From a virus (Duplodnaviria > Caudoviricetes), in IMG/VR virus record IMGVR_UViG_3300040971_000127, positions 1-24,351 of that record: a stretch of DNA of 24,351 nt; one strand, given 5' to 3'. The notes under the pieces were generated by a model. The model ran no database searches. It saw only the letters and a list, made by a program, of their open reading frames with translations, and was not told where the DNA came from. Below, in pieces: positions 7,889 to 16,808 of this stretch. The translations under genes were made by a program, and so were the position numbers. Numbering within the stretch: the stretch's first letter is position 1; every line of letters begins with the position of its first letter.

Positions 7889-10800
7889 CTATAGCCTCGC
7901 TTTGATTTCTTGCACCAGATAATCAATATCCTGCTGCGTTCCGTAGAAATTCTCGATATTGATGCTCAATCCTGCACCTGGTGTAGGAGAAGTGGACACC
8001 GTTGGCGTAGCACTAACCGCTTGCGTAGATGCGTCAACCATCGCCGTGCTACTTTGGCTGGCTGCGTTTGCCAGGGTTTCTGCCCCATCTCGCAATGCGA
8101 TCTCCTGGCCAGCGATGAACATGTCGCCAACATACATCCCTTTTCGAGATGGGCTGTGGGCATCAAGAGCGGCCATCGCCGCATCGTATGCAGCCATAGC
8201 CGCAGCTGCAGCGGCATCTTCGATTTTTCCTGACCCCTTGGCAATCCCGCTGGCAATACCCTCGCTAATCGAAAGCCCAACCCCGGCCCAACTTGGCTTG
8301 GTAAATGCATCCTGGATAGCAGTGGATGTCTGCTCGGCGGTCTTGACCCAAAGCGGGAATTCTGTCTGTATGACAGCCCCGGTTTCGCCAGCTTTGACCC
8401 CAATCGCCGAAATACTTTCACCTGTTGTTTCCAGGGCAGTTTGTGCAGGCGTCAGAGCCTCTTCTGCAAGTTCAAACTTTTGCAAGAAGGCTTCCCAATC
8501 AACCGCGCCATCGCCTGCATCCTGGAAGATATAAGAGATCGCATCGCTCATTTTTGACGGGTCGATTTTGTCCATCACATCTGCAAGCTTAGGCAGTGTT
8601 TCTGCCAGAGCCATGCTTTTCTCATCGGCAAACCCGTACGACAACGCCAAATCTTTGTAAGCTGCATCGTAAGCCGCGATGTTCTCAGGTTCCTGCGCCA
8701 TCAAATCACTCAATTGTTCAAGTGACTTGCGCGCAAACTCAGCCTCACTCGCGCCCTTCAACGACTCCGCCAGGCTCCAATAACTTTGAGCCGCCTCGAC
8801 TGCCGCCTGCCCCGCTTCCCTGGTTGCATCCGCCGTATCCACCATTGCCTGCAACCCAGCCCGCTGTTCGTCGCTCAGCGAGAGCATGCCTTGCTGGGCT
8901 TCCTGCATGGCTGTCGTAAATTCATCCTGGCTGATCAAACCCAGGGCCAGGGCATCGGCATACATCTGGACATCACCCTGTAATTGCCGCATGGTTGGGC
9001 TGAGTTCTCCCAGGGCAACGGCCAGATCATCGGTAACGGTTTGGGCATAATCTCCATCAACACCATACGTGGACAAGCTGGATGACAACGCTCCAAGAAT
9101 ATCCCTGGCGCTGGCAGTTTCTTTGGCCAGCCCAGCAACACCTTGCGCAGCGCCGCGTGTCTGGGCTGCCAACTGTTGGGTTTTGTCGCTCAAATCAGCA
9201 GCACGCGCGGCCGCCTGGTATTCCTGGTAACCCAGTACGCCCAGTTCATCAGCATACTGCTTGGTCAGGCCAGCACCAGCCCTCACCACCGTGTACAACC
9301 GACCTTGTTCATCCACCTGGTAGCCAGCCATTATTCCGGCCTCGTGCACAGCATTGCTGTATTCATCCCAGGTCAATCCAGCCTCATTCAGCGCACCGAT
9401 GGTAGTACTCAGGCCGCTATTAACAATCTCCTGTTGATTTACAAATACATCCGCCACCCATCCCCCAGCTTCGTGGGCTGCGTTGACACGCTCAATCCCG
9501 GTCGCATAGGCTTCCAATATTGGGCCAGCGCCTTGCGCTTTTTGGGCCGCAGAGTCAATACGATTAGCCCAGGCATCTATAACTTGATCTGCACCGGCCT
9601 GCTGTGTCTTGGTGATGTTCTCGTTCCAGGCATACCAGATCGCAGCCACAGCTGTGATAGAGACACCCACCGCTCCCAATCGGACTGCCATTGCTCCAAA
9701 TTGAGTGTTCATGGCACTGGTCAGCGATACATAACTGTTCCAGCTATTAAACGCCGTGCCCAGTTTCGACAAATTGACCGACATCGAAATCATCAGCGGA
9801 ATAGCCGTGCTAATACCCTGGGCCAGCCCGCCAATCCCCATACTTGCGACCGGTACTGCTGCAGCAAACGCCAGCATCTGCACAATATTGCGCCGGGTAC
9901 CTTCGTCCAGTTCGGCAAACGCATTCAGCGCCTCCGCGATTGCCTGGCTCATGGCAATCAGATCTTCGTTGAACGGCTCGATCCCCGCCGAATAAGCGGT
10001 TTCCAGTGCACTGGTGATATTCTCGATTGCCCCGTTCAAGCCTTGCATGTAAGCCCCGGCCAGGTTGGCAGCCGCGCCATTTTCGGTAACGGCGGCATTC
10101 ATCGCATCGTAGGCATCCACCCCTTGCATCAGGACCACATTCGCAGCCCGTACCGCATCACTGCCGAAAATGGTGGCCAGGGCAGCATTGCGCTGCTCCT
10201 GGGTCAGCCCGCCAAGCTGCGCCGAGAACTGACGAATGATCTCAGGCATCGGCAACATCGCGCCTTGCGCGTCATACACGCTGATGCCCAACTCCTGCAT
10301 CAACCTGGATGCCGCAGCACTGGGTGCTTGCAGGCTCAACAACATTTGTTTGATGGATGTACCAGCGTCTGAGCCTTTCAACCCGGCATTGGCCATCATG
10401 GCGATCGCTGTAATCAGCTCGTCAATTTCCAGGCCAGCCATCGCCGCAACACTGCCACTCATGCGTAAGGCATCCCCCATATCGGTAACATTGGCGCTGC
10501 TCCGATTCGCGGCGGCCGCCAGCAAATCAGCTACCTCGCTTGCCCGTTCCCCTTCCATCCCAAACATATTCAACGCCCCAGCCGTAATCTCTGCTGCTTT
10601 GGCATTGCTCAACTGGCCCGCGGCCGAGAGCTGTAACACGCCACGGCTGGCGGCTAATACATTATTGACGCTCAATCCCGCCTTGGCCAATTCAGCCATT
10701 GCTTCCCCGGCATCTGCCGCGCTGGTGCCGGGCAGGGTCAAATCTGCGCCAAGCTCCTGCGCTTTCTGTCGCAGTTGCTCAAATTGCGCCTCGGTCGCCC

Positions 10801-11029
10801 CCGTCACAGAGCGCAAGACATTCATGCTTGTGTCAAAGTCCTTGGCCGTCCTGAATGCCTGAGTGCCAAGGGCTGCCAGGGGCAAAGTGACACCTATAAA
10901 TGACTTCTGCCCAAATGCCATAAACGCATCTCCCGTTTGGGAGATGCGCGCATTTACGGATGCTGTCTTGCTTTCAAACTCACTGGTATTCGCGCCATAA
11001 TAGGCAATCAACCGGGCAATCTCTATCAT
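7889..11029 (-). CDS. tail tape measure protein (TP901-type core)
   Basis: 1046 aa, Ala-rich helical; SAADAGEAMAELAKAG, GLKGSDAGTSIK, ALATIFGSDA and DAHSPSR motifs. Confidence 0.95.
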   Translation of the reverse strand: MIEIARLIAYYGANTSEFESKTASVNARISQTGDAFMAFGQKSFIGVTLPLAALGTQAFRTAKDFDTSMNVLRSVTGATEAQFEQLRQKAQELGADLTLPGTSAADAGEAMAELAKAGLSVNNVLAASRGVLQLSAAGQLSNAKAAEITAGALNMFGMEGERASEVADLLAAAANRSSANVTDMGDALRMSGSVAAMAGLEIDELITAIAMMANAGLKGSDAGTSIKQMLLSLQAPSAAASRLMQELGISVYDAQGAMLPMPEIIRQFSAQLGGLTQEQRNAALATIFGSDAVRAANVVLMQGVDAYDAMNAAVTENGAAANLAGAYMQGLNGAIENITSALETAYSAGIEPFNEDLIAMSQAIAEALNAFAELDEGTRRNIVQMLAFAAAVPVASMGIGGLAQGISTAIPLMISMSVNLSKLGTAFNSWNSYVSLTSAMNTQFGAMAVRLGAVGVSITAVAAIWYAWNENITKTQQAGADQVIDAWANRIDSAAQKAQGAGPILEAYATGIERVNAAHEAGGWVADVFVNQQEIVNSGLSTTIGALNEAGLTWDEYSNAVHEAGIMAGYQVDEQGRLYTVVRAGAGLTKQYADELGVLGYQEYQAAARAADLSDKTQQLAAQTRGAAQGVAGLAKETASARDILGALSSSLSTYGVDGDYAQTVTDDLAVALGELSPTMRQLQGDVQMYADALALGLISQDEFTTAMQEAQQGMLSLSDEQRAGLQAMVDTADATREAGQAAVEAAQSYWSLAESLKGASEAEFARKSLEQLSDLMAQEPENIAAYDAAYKDLALSYGFADEKSMALAETLPKLADVMDKIDPSKMSDAISYIFQDAGDGAVDWEAFLQKFELAEEALTPAQTALETTGESISAIGVKAGETGAVIQTEFPLWVKTAEQTSTAIQDAFTKPSWAGVGLSISEGIASGIAKGSGKIEDAAAAAAMAAYDAAMAALDAHSPSRKGMYVGDMFIAGQEIALRDGAETLANAASQSSTAMVDASTQAVSATPTVSTSPTPGAGLSINIENFYGTQQDIDYLVQEIKARL

Positions 11030-11241
11030 GTTTGTACCTCGTGGCCCTTGGCCGCCTGGCGCGCCTCATCTTCTACGCCCCGGCTAATCTCATACATCCA
11101 TCGGATACAGGCCGGTTGCCGCATAAGCGGTTCCCCGCTCCACAACGGCACACCGGCCTGCTGTGCGCTTTTTAGCGACGGCCACCACGCCGGGCATTCG
11201 CCCGCTTGCCCACCGGTGGCGAGCCATCGCCTGAGTTTTTT
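11026..11241 (-). CDS. -1 frameshift extension of tail assembly chaperone (gpGT-like)
   Basis: Slippery A AAA AAC (11241-11235). The -1 frame reads LRRWLATGGQAGECPAWWPSLK...HEVQT to a TGA overlapping the tape measure ATG. Confidence 0.8.
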   Translation of the reverse strand, partial: KKLRRWLATGGQAGECPAWWPSLKSAQQAGVPLWSGEPLMRQPACIRWMYEISRGVEDEARQAAKGHEVQT

Positions 11242-11561
11242 CGGGTTTCTTTGCCTCCCTGCCGATTGTCTGTCACGATGGACCAGAAGATGTCTGCCAG
11301 AAAAGCGGAAGGCAATGTACTCAGCGTTTCTCGATCCAGGGAGACGGGCTGAGCATCATCGACCAGATCCCATTCATCCAGGATTTCAACGAGCGCATCC
11401 ACGTAGGCCATGTTGACGCGCTTGTGTTCGATCTGATCAACGTATCGCTCTTCAGTGGCGGCGGTGAAAGCACTCGGGCGGTAGGTTACGTTTAATTCAC
11501 CAGCCTCGGTCTTAACGGTCAATTTGCGTTGGTCTTTAACCAGGTCTGCCAGATTGATCAT
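11172..11561 (-). CDS. tail assembly chaperone (gpG-like)
   Basis: Between tail tube and tape measure; EWDLVDD motif; contains the slippery site. Confidence 0.85.
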   Translation of the reverse strand: MINLADLVKDQRKLTVKTEAGELNVTYRPSAFTAATEERYVDQIEHKRVNMAYVDALVEILDEWDLVDDAQPVSLDRETLSTLPSAFLADIFWSIVTDNRQGGKETRKNSGDGSPPVGKRANARRGGRR

Positions 11562-11570
11562 GAGACTCTC

Positions 11571-12548
11571 CTACAGGCTTGCCAGAGTGTTGACAACAAC
11601 CAGTTCGGTTGCCTTGCCCCAGGTGGGATCATCCACGGCTTCGAACGTCCACTCGATGGCAAACACGCCATCTTCATCTTTAAATTCAGAGACAGACATG
11701 ACTTTGACAGCCGTATCGATCGTAAAGCGGTAATTCTTGGTGGCCTCGATCTCTGCGCCCACAGCCTCGATGCGTAAGAACTTGGTGGCGCCAGTCCGCA
11801 TCGTAGCCAGCAATGCCATACCAGCAGCGTCAGCAGGCAACTTCAGCTTGCATTCCAGCTTTGGCTCAGACTCGACCGGTTCAACGAAGCTGGTATAGGC
11901 TGCATTCAGAGCCCAGAACGGGCTGAAGCGTTCGGTCAGTCCCCAGCTTGCGCTCATTGGTACGCCAGCGGTGGCACCGGTCAAACCAGCATAGGTATCG
12001 GCCAGGTAAACGCTCACTTCATTTCCAAGCACGGGAATTGCAGGTATGGCTGTTGGAGTGGCGGTTAACGTAATACCATCGTCCAGGGCGCGGCCCAGCA
12101 TCGATCCATCCAGGGAGATCTCATCGCGCGTAAAGTTGAAGGTTGTTCCGGTCATCAGACCATACGCAAACTTGTGCGCCCTAAGGCTGCTGCCTTGCTC
12201 GACCGTGTAGGTTTTGACCGTGTCCGGCCCGGTAGATGTCGGGGAGAATGTCCACTTCTTTCCCAAAGTCCCTTCAGCAACTGGTGTGACTGCTTTGACT
12301 AAGGATGCCAGAACATAGGGCAATTCATCATAGGTGGGCATGCCGGTCACTTTGGCTTCGACCCACTCTTTGCCCGGCATGGCCAGAGTCGCAAATTTTC
12401 GCCCCATTGGGCGGAACTTCTTAATGTTCGCCTTGATGCCCGGCTGAATGCTGATACTTTGTAACAACTTGTTTGCGGCTACCGCAGTCCCAGGCGTAAC
12501 CTCCACGCCAATTTGCACGCCTTCAAAAATGCTTGCTCGTTGAGTCAT
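11571..12548 (-). CDS. major tail (tube) protein
   Basis: Position; QIGVEVTPGTAV N-terminus and TYTVEQG motif. Confidence 0.85.
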   Translation of the reverse strand: MTQRASIFEGVQIGVEVTPGTAVAANKLLQSISIQPGIKANIKKFRPMGRKFATLAMPGKEWVEAKVTGMPTYDELPYVLASLVKAVTPVAEGTLGKKWTFSPTSTGPDTVKTYTVEQGSSLRAHKFAYGLMTGTTFNFTRDEISLDGSMLGRALDDGITLTATPTAIPAIPVLGNEVSVYLADTYAGLTGATAGVPMSASWGLTERFSPFWALNAAYTSFVEPVESEPKLECKLKLPADAAGMALLATMRTGATKFLRIEAVGAEIEATKNYRFTIDTAVKVMSVSEFKDEDGVFAIEWTFEAVDDPTWGKATELVVVNTLASL

Positions 12549-12561
12549 AATTCCTCACTCT

Positions 12562-12978
12562 CTATTGGTCAGGATCTATCGTTACCTGGTACAAGCCACC
12601 CAGGTGACGAAACAGCATCCCGTTGGATGTTTCCGCGTAGCCTATCGGCTGCTCGCGGGTAAAAATTACTCGTTGGCCATCCACTACCGGCCTGGCCTGC
12701 TCCAAAATGGTATCCATTTGCTCGGCAATCTCGGTTATCCCCGAATACGTCTGGCCGCTCGATACAACCTTGATCACATAATTGGCCTGGGTCAGCAGTC
12801 GTTTTTTGTTGACCGCTTTCGTATCCCGACCGGTCCTGTGGGTAAAAACAATGTACGGACAAGCCACCCCTTGCGGGGCGACTTCGCTATAGATGCGATC
12901 TCCCACCATTCCGGCCAGGACCGTATCATTTCCAAGGATATCCAGCAGGGCGGTTTCGATTGCGCTTAATTCGTTCAT
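12562..12978 (-). CDS. tail terminator / tail completion protein (DUF3168-like)
   Basis: LAGMVGDRIYSEVAPQGVACPYIVF. Start set at MNELS, which overlaps the upstream stop (ATGA). Confidence 0.8.
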   Translation of the reverse strand: MNELSAIETALLDILGNDTVLAGMVGDRIYSEVAPQGVACPYIVFTHRTGRDTKAVNKKRLLTQANYVIKVVSSGQTYSGITEIAEQMDTILEQARPVVDGQRVIFTREQPIGYAETSNGMLFRHLGGLYQVTIDPDQ

Positions 12979-13382
12979 TTCAATACCTCGGCCATCATCT
13001 TCCAATATTTCGGGCGGATTTCATCCACCGCAGGAGTCATAAACGGCCTGGCTTCCATGTACCGCCCGCCAAGTTCAAGAACCTCGGCCTGTTCGGCATT
13101 CGTAAAAACCGCAGCCGTGACACCATCACGCTTGGTCTCGATGCTGCTAAACAGATGACCCATATCGACCGCAGGTGATTCGCCCGGGGCACTGGCCTGG
13201 TGCAGCCGCTTGCCCTTTTTGCCGCGCTCATACACCCGTCCGCTTTTGGCCTGGCGCATATCGTTCTTGATTACCTGCTCGGTCATCTGGGCGGCCTGTT
13301 GTGCGGCTTGCCCGGCTCTCTGAAGCAGTTTGCCGCTCAGCTTGTCGAGATCATTAAACACAACCATCATCTTCGTCGCCAT
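12975..13382 (-). CDS. HK97 gp10-like neck/tail component
   Basis: HQASAPGESPAVDMGHL...LELGGRYMEARPFMTPA motif. Confidence 0.85.
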   Translation of the reverse strand: MATKMMVVFNDLDKLSGKLLQRAGQAAQQAAQMTEQVIKNDMRQAKSGRVYERGKKGKRLHQASAPGESPAVDMGHLFSSIETKRDGVTAAVFTNAEQAEVLELGGRYMEARPFMTPAVDEIRPKYWKMMAEVLK

Positions 13383-13723
13383 TACGCCTCGCCTCCATCC
13401 CGGTTGGACACTGTGATGGTCCGGGCTGCGCGACGCGCCTGGTAATAACGAGCCTGGCGCACGGCCTGTAAGTGCACCGAATCGGCCTCGTATATCTGAC
13501 CATTGGCGACCAGATTGGCAGCCTTCTCACTCCAGATATCCGCCGCGGCAGCGTTCAGGTCGTAGGTTGGTGTCCAGTCAGCATCGCCAGGCAACAGATG
13601 CGCAGCATCCGGCAGCGGATAATGTTCGACATACTCGGACAATGCATCATCCGAGTATGTCGTCACAGTCGGTTCCGCAATCATCCGCCGTAAGCGGGCG
13701 ATCTGGGCCGCAGTTGCGCTCAC
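13382..13723 (-). CDS. head-tail connector/adaptor
   Basis: Position after capsid genes; RLRRMIAEP...YSDDAL...YDLNAAAADIW. Confidence 0.7.
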   Translation of the reverse strand: MSATAAQIARLRRMIAEPTVTTYSDDALSEYVEHYPLPDAAHLLPGDADWTPTYDLNAAAADIWSEKAANLVANGQIYEADSVHLQAVRQARYYQARRAARTITVSNRDGGEA

Positions 13724-13726
13724 AGG

Positions 13727-14101
13727 CTAGGCCCTCACCCACTGAATGTAGGCTTTGCCAACCAGACCAGCCGCAGCGCCAGTGGCCTTGCTGATGTTCA
13801 GGTACTGGCTCGCGCCCCACTTGACGGAACTCTTGCCATTCGTGCCCTGGTTCTCGATATTGTCGAAAACCCCGGCAGCAGTCCCAACATCCAGGCCATC
13901 CATCAGGGTATCCGAACTGGTCGCGCCATCAGCGGCAATCCCGGCATCCACTGTGCAAGCCCCGGTGGACTTGGTTGCCACATCCAGGATGACACGGGTC
14001 ACGATCAGGGCTGCGCCTTCCGGGTTGGCCAGCTTCAAAACGCCGCCAACAGCATCGGCATCAGCCAGGTTCACAACGAAAGCACCTTTTTGCTCAGACA
14101 T
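13727..14101 (-). CDS. capsid decoration/cement-like protein
   Basis: Small beta/Gly-Ala-rich protein directly after the major capsid gene, with RBS GAGGTG. Confidence 0.55.
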   Translation of the reverse strand: MSEQKGAFVVNLADADAVGGVLKLANPEGAALIVTRVILDVATKSTGACTVDAGIAADGATSSDTLMDGLDVGTAAGVFDNIENQGTNGKSSVKWGASQYLNISKATGAAAGLVGKAYIQWVRA

Positions 14102-14154
14102 AATTCACCTCATTCTTTCGTCAAAAAATCACGTTAATTCACACGTGCGCCAGG

Positions 14155-15093
14155 CTACGCGGTCAGGTAAGCGAACGGATAGCGGGTCGCTTCGGTCGGG
14201 TTGACGCGGTTGATTTTGTTTGGCACGGCAAAGCCCATGCGAATGGTCAGCATGAGCGCGGCCATACGCTGCTGCATCAAGTTGAAGACGATCTTGCCAG
14301 AAGCATCCTGGATCACGCCTTCGCTGTAGGCTTCAAAGGCAATATCAGCGCGCATCGAATAGACCAGTTGCTGCCAGGCTCCAGCGATCACCTTTTGGGT
14401 GGTGTTGGTAATCCCGGTTTCAGGGAACCAGCATGGCGCGCCATCCAGCATGTAGCGCATGGCCACAGCCGGGTCAGTGTTGAAGATTGGCTGCTTATTG
14501 GCATCCACCGTACCGCGCATTTTGCCCTTCATCTCGAGATGGGCGAGCACACCATTGACACCATAGCCGTCGTTTTCAACTTTTGAAAACAATCCGCCAT
14601 CGCCCAAAATAGCCTGGTACAGGTTGTCAAAAGCTGCCAGGCTCACATTATGGCTGGCAGCCAGCGCAGCAGGCACAATCGCGGTAGGCCAGGTTGCGGG
14701 CTTATTCGTTCCATAAAGCTGGGCATTGTCGATGGCAACTCCGGCAGCGGTGATCATCTCTTTCTTGATCTCACTCCACAGCGGGGCCTTGGCATCGGCG
14801 ACCACATTTTTGGAAACCGGAACGATCACAGCTACATCCTCGGCGTAGATGGTCACGTCCTTCCAGTTGACCTCGGTGGTTTCCACCAGACCGGTATCGC
14901 CGCCGGGGAAATAAGCGGTCGCCAGTGCACTAAGCACGGGCAGCTTTTCCTCGTAAACATTCATTTTGCGTAAAGGGCGAGCCATCCGCATCAGGAAAGA
15001 TTCCTGTGCGATTCCATCAAGCAGTTCGTTTGAGTATTCGACCGGGATGGTCCCTGCGGCGTCAGCCCGACCAACAATATTATTGAAAGGCAT
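14155..15093 (-). CDS. major capsid protein (HK97 fold)
   Basis: TIPVEYSNEL, AVIVPVSKNVVADA, IDNAQLYGT and NLMQQRMAALMLTIRMGFAV motifs. Confidence 0.92.
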   Translation of the reverse strand: MPFNNIVGRADAAGTIPVEYSNELLDGIAQESFLMRMARPLRKMNVYEEKLPVLSALATAYFPGGDTGLVETTEVNWKDVTIYAEDVAVIVPVSKNVVADAKAPLWSEIKKEMITAAGVAIDNAQLYGTNKPATWPTAIVPAALAASHNVSLAAFDNLYQAILGDGGLFSKVENDGYGVNGVLAHLEMKGKMRGTVDANKQPIFNTDPAVAMRYMLDGAPCWFPETGITNTTQKVIAGAWQQLVYSMRADIAFEAYSEGVIQDASGKIVFNLMQQRMAALMLTIRMGFAVPNKINRVNPTEATRYPFAYLTA

Positions 15094-15120
15094 GGTATTC
15101 CTCCATTTGATAAGTGATGA

Positions 15121-15669
15121 TTAATTGGCGCCCAATTGGTTTCGGATATAGGCATCCATATCGAATTTGCCATCGGGCGTGTTGCTACCTTCCCCGGCAC
15201 CGTTGCTCTGGGTTGTTCCAAACAATTCCGGGTAGGATTTCTTGAGCGCATCGAAGTCTGGCGAACCATCCTTCTTAAACAGGTCATCCTGCGTTGCCGC
15301 AAGGAAGGCCAGTTTCAGGTTGTTCACGCCAGCCGCAACCGCGCTTTCATAAAACGCGCTCTTCTTGCTTTCGGCCTGCACCTGGTCAGCTAACTGGTTC
15401 AGGCGCTTTTCAGCCTCCGAGCCTTTCTCAGCTTTCGAAGCTGCATCACGCAGATCCTTCTCCAGCCCCTTGCTCCGCTCGCGCTCGCTTGTTAGGGCAG
15501 ATTTCAACTTGCTTGTCTGCCCATCCAGCATTGCGCGCACGGTTTCGGGCTGTTCCGCGATCCACGTCTCGTAGATCAGGCCGCCCGCTCGCTGCGAAGG
15601 ATCGCCGCCAGTGGCTCCACCGCCAGCCGCGCCTTCATCCAGCATCAAACGTAAATAATTTTTGAACAT
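15121..15669 (-). CDS. capsid scaffolding protein
   Basis: Coiled coil, LKKSYPELF and C-terminal MDAYIR; precedes the capsid gene. Confidence 0.8.
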   Translation of the reverse strand: MFKNYLRLMLDEGAAGGGATGGDPSQRAGGLIYETWIAEQPETVRAMLDGQTSKLKSALTSERERSKGLEKDLRDAASKAEKGSEAEKRLNQLADQVQAESKKSAFYESAVAAGVNNLKLAFLAATQDDLFKKDGSPDFDALKKSYPELFGTTQSNGAGEGSNTPDGKFDMDAYIRNQLGAN

Positions 15670-15701
15670 CTCGTTCTCCCTATGGCATCACGCCGGAAAA
15701 T

Positions 15702-15738
15702 AAAAAAAGCGCCCGGCACAATCACTGTGCCAGGCGCT
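15702..15738 (-). terminator. intrinsic terminator in leader copy 1
   Basis: AGCGCCTGGCACA-GTGAT-TGTGCCGGGCGCT-TTTTTT: 13-bp stem with one G-U pair. Confidence 0.85.
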
Positions 15739-15824
15739 AATCTCTGGGTTGGCCCCAAAAAGTGGGGCTGCAATCAATATTCAACTACTGAATATTGTAC
15801 TCACCTGCGAATCGGATGTCAAGC
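15702..15824 (-). promoter_or_regulatory. late-operon leader, copy 1: promoter + palindrome + hairpin + terminator
   Basis: TTGACA (15822-15817)-17 bp-TACAAT (15799-15794); palindrome CAATATTCA-N5-TGAATATTG (15775-15797); hairpin GCCCCA/TGGGGC (15752-15768); terminator 15702-15738. Confidence 0.85.
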
Positions 15825-16808
15825 CTCACCTAATTCAACAATTTTTGCCGGGCGCCAGTACCCGCCCCAAGTATCGTCATTGTGGAATTTCAACAACGCA
15901 TCCACGCCCAAGCCGCTAGCTTTCCAACGGCTATACAGTCCGCTCCCCAAAATCTTGCGCTGGGCTACATCGCCCTGTTTCAAAAACCACTCTCGTCCAG
16001 TCTCCCACTCCAGCATCTCATCCAACACTGGTACCATGCCACACCGACCTTGCGGGTGCTCCTGGAATGGTTGATCCACCGGGAAGATTTTGCCATCCGC
16101 CAGTAAGCAGGCAATACAGGTGCGAGTGCTTTTGGCTGCCAGGCGTTTGTAATACTGTACTCCGCTATTTCTATAAGCCATCCGCGTCGCCTCGCGCATC
16201 GCCCGCAATTGCTCAGTGCGAGCTACATTCAAAGCCCGCTCCAGGCCAAGACCCAGCCCTTCGCGCATTGCACGGGCTGTCTTGACCGGATTCCAGCCCT
16301 GCGCCACGGCCCGCAACAGAGCATTTGTCATCCCATCCACTGCATCCCCGTAGATCGCTTTCAGGTAATCGCGCAGCTCCGAACCATCAGCCATCAACCC
16401 GGCCATCGTTTCAAACATCTTCACCGGCAGTTGGTCAAACAATGCCGCCAGCTTCGGGCTGTTCTTGCCATACACAGATTCGAGCGCAGCCCGCCAGCTT
16501 TCACCGGCTATCTCAATCTTGCGCGCAATCACCAGGTCACTGGCATACGCAGCATACTGGTTAGTCTGCTCTTGCACTTGGCCCAGTAATTTCCGCAGGC
16601 GCTCCATGCGCTTTACCTGGCCTGCACTGGGTGTTTTTCCGCCCAAGCGCATTTGCTCGATCTCAAACGCCAGCGCCATCATCTCGGATTCGAGCACCTG
16701 CTCCATCTCCAGCCAACGTTTGCCCATCTCGGCAAACTGTTTGGTTTCTGCATCAAGCAGGGCTGCTGAAAACGCGCGCGCCTGGCGCACCACCAACGGC
16801 TCAGTCAT
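15819..16808 (-). CDS. minor head protein (SPP1 gp7 / Mu F-like)
   Basis: RALNVARTEQLRA, RTCIACLLADGK and HPQGRC motifs; follows portal. Confidence 0.9.
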   Translation of the reverse strand: MTEPLVVRQARAFSAALLDAETKQFAEMGKRWLEMEQVLESEMMALAFEIEQMRLGGKTPSAGQVKRMERLRKLLGQVQEQTNQYAAYASDLVIARKIEIAGESWRAALESVYGKNSPKLAALFDQLPVKMFETMAGLMADGSELRDYLKAIYGDAVDGMTNALLRAVAQGWNPVKTARAMREGLGLGLERALNVARTEQLRAMREATRMAYRNSGVQYYKRLAAKSTRTCIACLLADGKIFPVDQPFQEHPQGRCGMVPVLDEMLEWETGREWFLKQGDVAQRKILGSGLYSRWKASGLGVDALLKFHNDDTWGGYWRPAKIVELGEA

